DNA of 63,944 nt, the filler included, from Reclinomonas americana ATCC 50394 (Eukaryota), in NCBI GenBank assembly GCA_048213135.1. It is 10 parts of 10 records of this genome, joined end to end, with 100 filler letters (N's around TTAATTAATTAA, not from the genome) between each part and the next. Parts side by side here need not be neighbours in the genome. Positions count along the whole stretch, not along the records: positions 40,738 to 50,195 come from AFZH01020818.1; positions 50,296 to 55,551 come from AFZH01020819.1; positions 55,652 to 62,780 come from AFZH01020820.1; 7 more parts are not named here. One strand, 5' to 3'. The notes beneath the pieces were generated by a model. That model did not search any database and was not told the origin of the DNA. It saw only the letters and a list, made by a program, of their open reading frames with translations. Below are positions 49,801-62,287 of the stretch, one piece after another. A program made the position numbers and the translations under genes. Position 1 is the stretch's first letter. The number at the start of each line of letters is the position of its first letter.

Positions 49801-51662
49801 GATGTCTGCCGTGGCGTAGCACAATCATACGGCCCGGTGGTCGTGGTCACCACCAGGCAGATGCTCGGTGAGCAGGTGCGACTGATGTTCCCTTTGATGC
49901 GCACGGTCGTGTTGCCGCTCGGCTTTCTGGACGAGGGCGATGTTTCGTTTTTCTTGGAGAAGACTGGCTCCTCCGAGGCCATGCGAGCAGCAGCCGATGT
50001 GTGCATCAACAGATCGGCGCTGGAATTGGCCTTGGCCAACTGGTAGACTCTCCTCCAGTCGTCGTGTGTGTGCATCCACGGCGCGACAACAACTTACGGG
50101 TACTTTTTGCGTGCAGGACGTTGCAGAGAGCGCCGAATGTTACAGACGTTCGAGCGCAAGTCATGATGGGTCGAGATGCAACCAGTATTCTCGATNNNNN
50201 NNNNNNNNNNNNNNNNNNNNNNNNNNNNNNNNNNNNNNNTTAATTAATTAANNNNNNNNNNNNNNNNNNNNNNNNNNNNNNNNNNNNNNNNNNNNCTTTT
50301 GCAAGCAGCGAAATCTCACCATTACTCCACGTCTGCAGCCTGGCATCGTTGGCAGACATGCCCAGTGTTTCATTCGCTATGCTGGCGGAACTGTTGCCGC
50401 TGGTTCCCGACCCGCGACACGGTGGTACCCTGCCATTGGGCACCAGCGCTGCGCTCGCCAGCAAGGGCTTGATCGACGGGAGAGCGCCGGTCGCCTCTTC
50501 ACGTGTGGATTCGAGTGCGTTGACCGAGGCCCTGACACCACTTGTGCAACTGGGGCTGGTGCAGTGCACGGCCATGGAGAGTGCTGCCGGTGTTTGCTTG
50601 GCATCTCCCCGACACGGCCGCGTCACGCGACATTCGACGTACACGTTGCATCGCATGTGGAGTGTGCATCTGCAGCAGCGTCTGCGACGACTGTGCCTGA
50701 GTGTGCGTGCATCGTGTTGCCGCGTGTTTGTTCGATGGGTCGAACAACTCGCATCACCGTTGCCGTGGGTTGAGCACTCTCGGTTGCTGCCACATCTGGA
50801 CTTTGTGTGGCGGCAGTTCGAGGTCGGCGAGCTGCAATCGGCAGTGTGTCGTACGTTGAGCACTGATGAGTTGCAGCGCTTTGTGGAGGCGTTTTGCTGC
50901 CTGGCCGAGGATGTGCCGCCAGTGTACGAAGCGCACGCTGCGCGCTTCATCCGCCTTCTGCACACTGAGGAGCGCACACGGAGAAATGCGACCACTCCAC
51001 CCACCGGACTGTTTGGCAGCCAGCTCCCACGTCTGTACAGATTAGCACGCATGGTTCCTCCGCCACAGCCAACAACAACAGCGACTGCCGGTGGGAGTGG
51101 TGGTGGTGGTGGTGGTGGTGGCCATGGGAGTGGCGTGTTGAGCGGCGCATCACCATCGACACGGCACACCACTACTCAGGCGCTGCTGAACCAAGTGGGT
51201 GCCACGGGGAGCACGCTGTCGGGCGCCCCCATTGTTCCTTCACACAGTGCGCTACTGTATGTGGAGCAGCAGCAACAGCAGCAGGCGGCAGCAGCGGCAC
51301 AGCGCGGAAGCGCATCGCCGACGCCAACTGCGCCACCGCCGCTGGAGCTCTCTGCAGCGTCGGCGTTGGACACCTCGGCCGAGTTGGCGCGATGCGAACT
51401 GTACGCCAGTGCATTGCAGCACGCCAGAGAGGTGATGGCGGAGAGTCGCTTGCTGGCGAATGATCTCAACCACGTCTCCTTCGGCGTGTCGGTGCTGGAG
51501 TCTGTGGTCGCCGGACAAATGGCACAAGCCCTCGCATTGTTGGCTGGCTACTTGGAGGTACTGCCCTCGCACTTCCATGGCGGCGCGCCCCCTGTCGGCG
51601 TCCGTTTCCTTCGTCAATTGTACGAGGCGCTGGCTCGCACTCACCAGCGAAAAAAACTGTAA
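40802..51662 (+). CDS. Giant dual-STAND protein: NACHT - SH3 - Pro/Ala repeats - linker - NB-ARC - winged helix/helical C-terminus (spans gap 50196-50295; 5' end in gap)
   Basis: NACHT: GTLGCGKT (40817-40840), ILIIVDGYDE (41120-41149), PFSNAQIDDFL, YRHRVIRDYMAA, TAAANSHFVL. SH3: VALYERQP..ELPMCVGQVFRVLKEDESGWW..GIVPHNYI (~42830-42990). NB-ARC: FVVIEGPEGVGKS (P-loop 49339-49362), KLLLLENVTDVAQLASFLP, VVVVTTR, LGFLDEGD. After the gap: LTPLVQLGLVQ..YTLHRM. A frame-preserving GT-AG exon chain can be traced from the end of the NACHT region (~42470) to the gap at 50195 with no stop; splicing inside the NACHT region was checked only partly. Confidence 0.75.
43930..45845 (+). repeat. Coding tandem repeat, 231-nt (77-aa) unit with 222-nt variants
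   Basis: Nine copies of PPAVVD(A/V)AGALDAIRRASP within ORF 43673-46156, interleaved with KPEDLR(Q/H)ST and Ala/Pro spacers. Confidence 0.95.
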
Positions 51663-52106
51663 TACCGCGCCAAGCATGTAATAAAGTCGTGTGCTGTGTA
51701 ATGAACATGCCATTGCACATGATAGAAACTTCAGTTCGAGTTGGGGACTGTACTTGTGGACCGAGCAACGAAGTTACACACCACCATTCGTACTCGAACA
51801 CTGCATGATGTGTCTAGCCGAAGAAGTTCAGGTCAGATGCAACGAAAAGTAGCCGAACTTTTCCGGCTGGCGCACCTGCGCAGCGAAATCAGCGATTTTG
51901 TGCTCGACAATTTTCACTGTCGAGTTGTACAAGTCCACCGACTGCTGTTTTAAGGTCTACAAAGCTTGGGTCTGTGGTTCAGTAGGTACATGAACATGGG
52001 CAGCCTGCCGGCTGGCGCTGGAAACGCGTCTGACACGCGCTGCAGAAACCTGTTGGATCTCGCGTGTCCGACGGGTCGACCGATTTTCATCGAATCATCG
52101 TGCATC

Positions 52107-52668
52107 ATGGGCGCCGGCAAGAAGAAGAAGGAGGTGTGTGACGATCTTGTTGTGTGTTGCACGTGGCGGATTGCGTCCCAGATGCATCACTACGCCTTTG
52201 GCGTTCTCCCTGTCGCGTTCTGTGTCGTGTGTGTCGTGTGTGTTTTGATGTGGCATGACCACCCTTCTCCTCCGCCTGTCTCACGTACCACAATAGGGCG
52301 AGACTCCGGGTGCACCAGCGCCAGCGGCTCCCGCGGGATCGTCATCTCACCGCTCAGCGGCAGGACCGTCGTCGGAGCCTGCGCTGTTCACGGCGCGCGA
52401 TGCTGTCGAGTGCATTGTGAAGGCGTTCCTGACGGGTCTTCTCACTGGTGCGGGATCGGTGTTGGGTGCCACGGTGATGCGATGGGCTCTGGCCGACAAG
52501 TTTAGCACTGCGTCGCCCCCTGCGTCGCCGCCAGCATCACCACCGGCCTCGCCTCCGCCCTCACCTCGTGGCGGCGAATCCTCCGCAGCACCGCCACCGT
52601 CATCCTCATCGTCCTCGTCAACTACCACCACCACCACCACCACACGGACTGCCGCTGCACCCAAGTGA
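52107..52668 (+). CDS. Small putative membrane protein (MGAGKKKKE N-terminus, one hydrophobic segment)
   Basis: Two exons; AFLTGLLTGAGSVLGATVMRWAL Gly-rich hydrophobic helix; Ser/Pro/Thr tail. Confidence 0.5.
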
Positions 52669-52952
52669 CAACCGCACGCAGTGTGGCTGGCCACCACCGG
52701 CGCTGACTGCAATGAACAATCACAACAAAAAACCACGCGCCTATGGATCTCTCTTTTCTGTTTTACACTTCTGTGCGCCGTGGCGATGGAGGTAGTGGAT
52801 GGAATGGTGAGGCAGGCGAGTGCACGAGTGGAGGGGCCGATGGATGCGGTTGGGCAGTGGCGACCGGGTCAGTGGTCGACGTGGGCGAGTGCGGTCGCGA
52901 TGACTGCGTGCTGCTGTGGATGCTGCTGCCGCCGGAGCCGCCAGCAGCGCGC

Positions 52953-55914
52953 TCACGACGCAGTTTTTGGAGTTTTCCCATGCGCGCCACCAGCTGCGCC
53001 CGCGAGGCTGTCGGGTCTGACGAGCCGGGCGACAAGTCGGCGCCCACCAGCGACGCCTGTGTTGTTTGCATTCAGACGACGGAAGCTCACGCTTCGATGT
53101 CCATCATCACGTACCGCCAGTGCCGCTGCCGGCGCCACAAGTCGCGGCGAGGACAGAGGAGCTGAGAATGTGCTACCGGTGCCACCGAGGCCGAGACCGC
53201 CACCACCGTTCTCTGCGGCGTTGCGTAGCGCTGCTGCTTTCCGATCCAACTCCATTGCTCGTTCAGTCTGCAATCTTTCGCGTCTCTCCACCGCCTCCTC
53301 GCGGCGAGCGAGCTGAGGTACGAGGCAGATGGTCGACGACGATCAGGCATGTTGTGCACGAGGGGTGGAGCGACGAGTGGCACATGCACGCAACTGCCTC
53401 GGTTTTCACCACCAGGTCGTTTTTCGATATCTCCAGCTGGTTGGTCAACAGCTCCACTTCGCGTTGTCGTCGTGTCAACTCCGCAAAGACAACCTCACGC
53501 TCGGAGAGTACCTGTCGCTGCCGCATGATTTCCTTCTCTTGCTCACGCAGCTGGAGAGCAGCAGTAACAGCATGAGTAGGCAGGCATCCGGGGAGAAACA
53601 CGCACACAAACATCAAGCCCACCGTGGTTGCAAGCTGCTCCAACTCGGTGCTCTGTTTGTTCAGCTGCGCAGAGCGTGCGTCAAGTTGCTGCTTGGCGAC
53701 TGCTGAGCGGCTTTCTGCTGATTGCACGTCGGCTAGTCGTTGGCGCAACGCTGCTTCTTGTCGCTCCAGTGCATGTGCACGCGCATCGTGTAGTTCCCAC
53801 GACGTAGAGACGTCCTTTTCTGCCTCTGCCACCTGCAAGTTGAATTGAGAAGACATGGTGGTGGTGGTGGTGGTGGGGGTGAGAACCAAGTCAACGGAGA
53901 AAAACCGACCTTGGCAGACCGAATGTCGAGTGCCGCCGCGGCATGTCGTAGCGTCTCCTCGCGCTGCTCCAGTTCCACTTGACGAGACTTCACCTCGGTC
54001 TCCAACGTTGACGCCTGTGTGTGTGTGTGTGTGACGGGAATAAATCAGCCTTTGCATACTTCGGTTCGCGGCAAGTCAGCACGCAGTACCGCTTGCATCC
54101 GCGTGAGTACGTCCTGATGGTCGGATCCCAGCGAATGTGCCAGCGGCCGTACCTGTCGCTCACGCTCCGCGACACGCTTTTCACGCCCTTCAACCTGCAG
54201 CAAACGAGAGAGAGTATACAGGTTGAGGAATGAGTGTGAGGCAATGTGGGCGCCGAGATCACGTCTTCGTACCTCCAGCATTCGTTGCGTGGTGGACTTC
54301 TCAGTCAGCTCGCTCGCGTACTCCCGTGCGCGAACAGTGGCCTCCCGCTCGGCCACCACTGCTTCTCGTTGCTGGCACTCACTCTCTCGCTTCTCGACTT
54401 GGTGGAGACGCGCCTGTAGTGCGGTGAGCAGCTGGTCGGCGTGCTCCTTTTGTTGTGCCACATGGCGGCCACGCTTGGAGAGCTCGCCGAGAATGTCTTC
54501 CACTGCGCGCACTGCGTCCGACTGCCCAATTCACCACACAGTCAACGGGCGACGACTCTTACACAGTGCCCCATGCGATCAACGACAAGCACACGGAACT
54601 CGAGTTTGGGCCGAGTACCGAGGAGACACGGGATCTGGCGGTCGGCTGGTCGGTGTAGCCAGTGCGCCCGTCGTTGGCGGTACTGGTGCGGAAACAAACA
54701 AGAAAACGGCGTCAACGGAGACAACAAGGAGCACGACGCCACACATGCACATGCACGAGGCGCAACTGTTGGCCTGTGCCGCCAAGCCACCAGTGTCCGA
54801 GTACGAGAGGAGCGACTCCAGTGTCGAGCGAGTACCACGCAGTTCGCGCTCCATGGCTTGCACCTGAACGCACACACACCCGCACACACTGTGTGAGCCG
54901 CATGTACGACATGCCACGCACAAGCAAGCACATACCGTGGCCTGCAGGGTCACTACGTCTGTTTCAAAGTTGTCCAGCTCCTGCTTCCTGGCGTTGAGTT
55001 CGTCCTCAGCCACACGCACGGCACGCTCCCGTTGCTCCACGCGCACGGCGGTCTCCGTCAACTCGGCCAGCTGCTTCTCCAGCTGCTCGTGCAACTCTCG
55101 CAGCATGTCATACTCCATCGAAGCGACGCCACTGGATCGCGACAGTTCTGCATCACGCGGCATGCGCGTGCGAAGGTCGATGATATCGCGGATCCACACA
55201 GGCGGCTCCGCTTCGGAAGGATCTCTTGGCGCCGACGGCACCGCCGCGGCAGTCGCATCCAACCGCAGTGGAGGCACACGCACAGCTGCAATCTGTGAAG
55301 ACGGCAGCAACTCATCGCCGAGGACTGCAGTAGGAGTACACAAAAGTGAGTGCGGTGGATCAACACAGAATCAGCAAGGCTGCTCAGCCGACACACACGA
55401 ACCCGACGGTGGCCGACTGAACGCCAGCTCCGCAGGCGACACTCGTCCAGACGATCCACCAGAGAGCGGCACTATGGCGGGCGACTGCTGCTGTGCCGCT
55501 GCAGCATTGGACAAGCCCGCCGGCTCACCACCGTTCACGGTGAGGCGCGGTNNNNNNNNNNNNNNNNNNNNNNNNNNNNNNNNNNNNNNNNNNNNTTAAT
55601 TAATTAANNNNNNNNNNNNNNNNNNNNNNNNNNNNNNNNNNNNNNNNNNNNGGTTGCTGTTGTTGTTGCTGTTGCAATCGCAGGGCGCGCTGCTGGTGAT
55701 CGTAATGCCTCCGCTCTCGTGGTGACACCAACACTGTCGGCATCAGCGACGATATCGAGGACACGGTGGAGGCGGTGGCGGTGGCGGACGGTAATGAGAA
55801 CGAAGGAGAAGAGGAGGACACAAAGCGCGGTGTCAGCCAGGTGAGCGACACGCTCGAGGCGGCCGGTGCGGCAGGGCCTTGATGCCGTGGAGGCGAGTAC
55901 ACTGGTACTGACAT
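52953..55914 (-). CDS. Multi-exon long coiled-coil protein of unknown function (spans gap 55552-55651)
   Basis: Heptad-rich exons (LRELHEQLEKQLAELTE, LHQVEKRESECQQREAVVAERE, LREQEKEIMRQRQVLSERE); probable first exon MSVPVYSPPR at 55914 is open into the gap. Confidence 0.55.
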
Positions 55915-56117
55915 GCAAGCACAGAGATACACACACAGAGAGAGAGAAAGAGACAAGGAAACAGACACACACTAAGAGAGGAGCGTAGGTGCACACCCAC
56001 GCGCGCGGCACAGAGTGTGTGCGTGGGCGTTGTATGTGTGTGTCAGCGAGTGCGCGTGCGGTCCACCAATCGACGAAAGAGGGACCTCTCCTTCTATTCC
56101 ATCGTCATGAGAGCAGC

Positions 56118-57330
56118 ATGAGGTTGCACTTGTTCTCGCTTCTCCTCCTGCTTGTGCACCTGTGTGTGCTGAGTGCAGGGTCGCCTGTTCAGCAGCGGAT
56201 TGCAGGCGGCACAGCGGTCGCCGAGAACACAGAGTTCGTGTCGTATGTGGCCTTTGAGGTGTGTGCACGCTCTCTCCTTGTTCACCTCTGTCTCTCCCAC
56301 TGACGCTCGTTTCCCCACAGCGTGTTGGCACACAACGGATCCGTTGCGGTGGTGTGCTGATTGCACCTGATGCGGTGTTGACAGCCGCACACTGCTTCTC
56401 CAACGAGGCAGTCGCCGGTGCGCCGGGCTCGCTCAGTGCCTACACTGCGCGCCTGCAGTCCATGAACAACACGAGCACGCTGCGCGAGTTCACTCCACAT
56501 CCAGACAGCTCTTTCGACATTGGTGTGTGTATCTTTGATAATGTTGCTGTTGGTGCTGAGCATGCGTTGCTGACCGCCTTTTGTGCAGCCATTGTGCGTT
56601 TGACAGAGTCTCTGGTACCACCAGAGCAAGACGCGCATCTGGCCAACTTGAATGCTCCCGGTACTCTGCTGCCTCCACGTCTCGACGACATGCACAGTGA
56701 CGCGGTGAATGTGGTGGCGATTGGGCGCGGCTTCACCAGCGATCCTGTTGCGTCTCCATGTGCCTCTTGCATCTCACTGTGCGTGCACCTTGCGCTCACT
56801 GAGTGCTGCGCGCAGGATTTGCCCGGGAGCGAGCCCTCGTTGCATTTGCTGCGGCTCGACCACTTGCACTTGCTTCCAGTGGCTGGTTGCAGCTACCAAG
56901 AGGTGCGTGTATGTGTATGGATGTACGTGCGTCTAACACGCTGATTCACATGTCGCAGTACTACTTTTGTGTGGCCATGACCGGTGGCCACTCGACGTGC
57001 TCGGGCGACAGCGGAGGTCCGCTGTGGGCGCAGCAAGCTGGGCGCGCCGACGTAGTTCTCGGTGTTGCCTCTCGTGCCGACACATCGTGCGGTGTTCGAG
57101 ACGGGGTGGCCATCTATACGCGCGTGGACGACGTGGCCGAGTGGATCGCCGCGTCGGTGCCAACTGCGCGTTTCCGACACTGGCTGACTGGTGAACAGTG
57201 GTCGCCACTCCGACCGCAAGAATCGACGCCGATGCTGCCGCGGTGGCTGGCACTCACGCTAGTTGTTATTCTCTCGGCTGTGCCATTCACGGCCGTGGTC
57301 GCGCTGATCCGCGCGGTGCGAAGAAAGTAA
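56118..57330 (+). CDS. S1 (chymotrypsin-fold) serine protease with signal peptide and C-terminal transmembrane anchor
   Basis: Signal MRLHLFSLLLLLVHLCVLSAG; activation site R|IAGG; CGGVLIAPDAVLTAAHC; FDIAIVRL; TCSGDSGGPL; YTRV..VAEWI; hydrophobic tail WLALTLVVILSAVPFTAVVALI. Confidence 0.9.
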
Positions 57331-57392
57331 ATCCCGCCGTCCCGGACATAACACACATTGTCGGTGATCTCGTCGAAAGTCGCGCGGAGAGC

Positions 57393-58743
57393 ATGAAACC
57401 GTCGTTTGGTTCAGGGCGCGGTCTTGCAGTGGCCTCTGGTGGCGATTCCGACGACGATGAAGACGAGCAACACGCGGGTGGCGGTATTCATGTGACCGCG
57501 AGTGGAAGACAAGTGACTGCCACTGGCCTTCGTGTGAATGCGGCCAACGATGACAGTGCCGGAATCGGGGCCTCCAGCATGACTTCTGCGCTGAGGAAAC
57601 CTCGGCATCGTATACACAGCAGATTAAGCGCGTGTGTGTGCTCGGCGTTGGTGCGCGCGTGTGAGTTGTCGAGAGGCATTCATGTTGATTGATTGATTGA
57701 TTGCTTGCTTGCTTGTGTCTGCAGCCCTTGCTTGCCAGTGCACTGCTCTTTGTGGGTATCTGCATTGTTGGGTTCGGCTGTGCAGTTGCGCCAAACCCAC
57801 AGCCTTCTTGCGGCACCGCCCACTCTGTTCTGCTCCGCTGACACTGCGCGCTGTGTGCGTGCGCGCGTATGTGTGTGTACAGCGATTGATCACAGCAGAC
57901 ACCGCGGCCATTGTTCTTGGCGCTATCGCCTGTGGACTGGCTATCGGCGGCAATGCAATCGAGTGGCGAGCCATGCTTCATTCGGTGAGCAACAGTAGTC
58001 TTCCTTCTGCGGGGTCGGTGCCGAGCGGCACTCATACTTTCTTTGCAGGTGCGGCCGGTTGTGTTCGAGTCGAGAGCCATGACTGTGGCGTGGAGGTTTG
58101 TCGCGGCGCCTCCTCTCCCCTCCCTCCGTAGCTATGTACATCTCACGCCTGCTCAACGATGCTGTGCAGCATCATTCTGGTGGCCGCCGTCTGCAATGCA
58201 ACTGCTGCCATATTATTCAGTGTCGACCACGAACACTGGTGAAGATCGCGTGGACGGCTACGTGTCTCCTTCTCTGTCCGAAGAACACTCACTCGCTGAG
58301 CACGCGCAGCACCGTGTGGGCCCCTCTGCTGCTTCTATGGACATCGGCGATCATGTACGTGGTGCACATTTGCATCCGGGCGGCCTCGTGGCTCACCTCC
58401 GACGGACTCGCCAGTGCCCAGTTCCGCAGCTGGAATCCCACCTCCCTCGCCTATCGGTTTGTGTGTATATGTTGCGCACTTGTGAAGGGCTGATCGCTCC
58501 TCACTCTCCTCATTCATTGCGTACAGTTATCAGAGCGACTATCGTGTGGTGGCCACACAACAACTGAACGCCTCTGCACGGACCATCGCTACCGCTGGAG
58601 GCGCCGTTGCATCTGAGGCGTCGCCTCTCGGCGCTGCACCAGCCGCAGCAGATCGACTTGGCACGCCTGCTGGCACCGGCGGCACCACAAGGACATGGAT
58701 GAAGCCGCCAGCAGCCGCGGCAAAATCACCAACAGCGCGCTAG
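57393..58743 (+). CDS. Multi-pass membrane protein of unknown function
   Basis: Spliced exons with hydrophobic segments (LLASALLFVGICIVGFGCA, AAIVLGAIACGLAIGG, IILVAAVCNATAAILF, WAPLLLLWTSAIMYVVHI); stop at 58743; exon boundaries approximate. Confidence 0.5.
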
Positions 58744-58764
58744 TAAATCACCGCACATGTTGTC

Positions 58765-61700
58765 TTACGTGCGAAGCATGGTGTCGCCGCCGAGGCGTTC
58801 GCGCAGGAGTTCCAGTGTGGCACCAGCCACCATGCGACACTCGTCTTGTGCATCGTCCGTGGCACGCAGACGGAGCGCCACGACGAGTGGCTCCAGCAGG
58901 TGATCCCAGTCTTGGGCGAGAAGGGCACGAGGTTTCGCATCCACGGCGCAGTGTAGCGCAGTGAGGCCTGCCAGTCGCACAGAGACGCGCTTATCGGCAA
59001 GCAAGAACAAGGCAAACTGCAGTCACACGCCGGTGAGAACACAGTCGACCACCAACACACACACATCTCACTGGCCGCGCGCACCTCGGCCAACTGATCG
59101 CACATGACGGACACGTTCGGTGCGTTGATGCAGCAGGCAACAAAGCATGTAAGCAAGCTGACAAGACGACTCAGCATGAGTCCGTCGTCGTCAAACGCCA
59201 CGCTCCGATGATTGCTCTGATTCAAGAACTTGAAGAAGAGCACTGGCGCAATGCCGGCAAACTGATTGCGGAACACGGCCACCTCCTGGGGTCGGTGGAC
59301 GCGGCGCATCGTCGTACGTCCGGTACTCGGTGCGCGCACTGCGCAGCGACACCCACGTTACGAAGACGAGTAAAAGAAAATGATGGAGGAATGCGCGACG
59401 CACATGCTGCGGAAACATGCTTCGGCTGCTCGACTCGCGTGCTGGCCAGTGCGGTGGCCGCCTCGGCCAGCACGGCGACAATGTCGAGCCTGTCTCCAGC
59501 ATGCACCGACCGGGTGAAGAACTCGTCGGCCAGAAACCTACGAATGCACAACCGGGACCACGATGAGCACACGATCGCGCACCAGCAGGTCACACAGAGT
59601 GACAACTTACGCAACACCATAACACTGGCTGGGGCGGCAATGGCCAGTTCGACAAGAGCAGCGTGCTTGAGGGACGCAAACTCTTCGATGCCGAGATCCT
59701 CACGCACATGAATCAGGCGACGTGCGACACTGACGCCCATTTCCACGGCCTGATGTGTGTGTGCGTGGATAATATCAGGCAGCGCTTCCAGTGCCTGCTG
59801 CAGGCGATCGGCATCCTTGGTCTCTGCGAGCGCCTCCAGTGCATCGCCCAGGTATCTAAGGCGACACAAGTGAATGTGAGCGACTCAACGCGGGCACAGG
59901 ATGCGCGGGGGAGAAGCGGTCACGTACCGAAGTGGCGCAAGCCGACGCCTCGGATTGAGTGGATCCTCCGGCTCGCCGGTCACAGTCTCCGACAAGGGCA
60001 GTGCATACGCCTCCAAGCTGTCCGTGTCGTCGTCATCATCGTCGTCACCACCATCGTCGGCACGCCTCCTACCCTCCTCAGCATCATCATCATCATCATC
60101 TTCGTCATCGTCATCATCATCATCGTCGTCATCGTCATCATCGAACGGCTGCACCGAGTGGGGATCGTAGAGAGCGGACGGGTCGGCCAGCAAATCATCC
60201 AGTCTCGAAGCAAGGGCCTTGCGGACCCGGGCTACCGGCGGCGCAGCGGCGACCTCTGCCACCTGCGCGGCAGCTGGCGACGGAGCTCGTGCAGTCGCAT
60301 CTTTTTGCAGCAGAGCGAGTGTCGCATGAAACTCCTGCCACGCACTGTCGCCATCGGTCGCACCGCCGGAGGCGTGAAACTGCAGTGGCTGGGACGGGTT
60401 GACAAGCACGGAAAACAGCTCCGCAACAGCCATGGCATCCCCTCGACACGCCGTCAACGGGCTCTGCAGTCGAATGTGCACTCCCTCCAAAATGCCCTGC
60501 AGCGCACCGCCGACAGCATCCAGTTGCTTCCGCGTGATGCGAGTAAGCAGTGCACGGAGCAGGTGTACAAGTTCTGCAAGGCACGTGGGGTGAATCGCAG
60601 AGCGCGGACGAAAGCCTCCAATTTTCATGCGCGTGCTTACGTTGTGAGGCGGTCGCAGAAGCGTGGCGAAGGAACTGAGCGTCGGCCCATGCTCGACAGA
60701 TATTCGCCAATGCCGTCGACAGCAAGTCGCCGCCGTCCGACTCTGGTGCGAACAGGAGGACGTGGGCGAGGAACGCCCGCTGTTCGACCACGGGCAGCGA
60801 GCGATGTGCGACAAGGCGACTGGCCAGCAGGTCGCTAACAACGGAGCTACTGCGCGCGAGCGAACGCAGAAACCGCGGCGCCACTGCATGCACGCACACG
60901 CGAGGAAAGTCAGTGATGCGGAAGGAAAAAACGAGTTGCGGTCGCTCGCAACGATTGCATCGGACGTGCGGTGGGTGAGGTGAGTCACTGCGCACGCAGA
61001 CCACTGTGTGAGAGAGTACACACGATCACACGGAAACACGCGCAGCACACGAACGAAAGCACACATACCGATGACTCGCGAGTGTCAGCAGTTGCACGAC
61101 AAAGCTCTCCAGCGCCGCCTCACGCATCCGCACCACTCCGGCACACACAGTGAGGGGGTGTTCCAGTGTCGGAAGGAGTGCCATACACACTCTAGCAACT
61201 TCAGTGGCCGCCCCACGCAAGCACAGGCGACTGAGAAGCAGCACGACTTGCACTGCACGGTCACGCTCGTCTGCGGTGTCCAACAGGAGGAGACACTGGC
61301 GAGCGACACGCTCGAACAGCTGAGCTTCGCTAAGAGGCTCCGAGATGGCATGACGCACGGCTACCGCGCGAACTCGATCGACCACGCCCAACAGCGCCGA
61401 CACAACCGGGTGATCGCCACCACCCACCCACAATTCCTGATCCAACAGCAGATGAGAGTGCGGCACCAGGCCGGGCAGTGGCACAGCAACAACTGCAGCG
61501 TCTTCGTACCTCTCGTTCCACCAGCGCCTGTACCACCGCGCGCGTGTCCATCAGCTTGAGCAAGCAGGCGGCCAGGAATGCACACACTGCGCGAGGCCGA
61601 CTCGTCGTTTGACTCTCCTTCTCTGCTCGCTCGCCACCCTCCCCCTCGCCGTCGTCGTCATCGTCGTCAACATTGTCACCTTCCAGTTCGAGAAGATCGG

Positions 61701-62202
61701 GAGGCAGCTTGTCTGTGTCGCTCATCGTCGCCGCCAACTCGCCAAACAACTGCAATCCACATGAGACTCCGCCTCTCGCTCTCTCTCTCTCTCTCTGTTT
61801 GACGGACGGCGGTTCTCACCGCGGGATCCGTGAGACACGCGACACTCTCCACCAGCCACTCATCACGCGCAAGACGCACAAAGAAGCGCGCAAGACGATT
61901 GCGCAAACGCACTTGTCTCACGGCCACCGAGGTGCACGCGCGCAAAACAAGCCGACCCACGCGCAGGTACTGCTCGCGGCTCGCGTTCTCGGCCTACCGT
62001 CACCGCAGCAACAGAGGGAAAAAGTCAGCACACAGCACAGCGCTTTCTTTCATCGTCACCATGAACTGACCAGTGGCGTGCATGCCACCACGCACTCTTC
62101 CGCAGCGCGCAGTGCCTCCAAGCTCAGTGTGGTGGTGTGCGCTGCCTCCTTGGTCGCCAGCAGCGCGCGTTGGCAAGCCGCAATCGCCGCTGTCGCATCC
62201 AT
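58765..62202 (-). CDS. TELO2: Telomere length regulation protein TEL2 (TTT complex)
   Basis: GILEGVHIRLQSP...AMAVAELFS; acidic loop DDDDDTDSLEAYAL; PLRYLGDALEAL..ALEALPDII; FASLKHAALVELAIAAP; FLADEFFT..GDRLDIVAVLAEAATAL; NQFAGIAPVLFF; C-terminal DAQDECRMVA. Confidence 0.85.
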
Positions 62203-62287
62203 CAACGAAACTCAAAAAGTGTGTGTATGCAGGACGCGCGTCGTCTCTGTTGTTTTTGAAGTGTTCATTCTCTCCGTCTCTGTCTCT

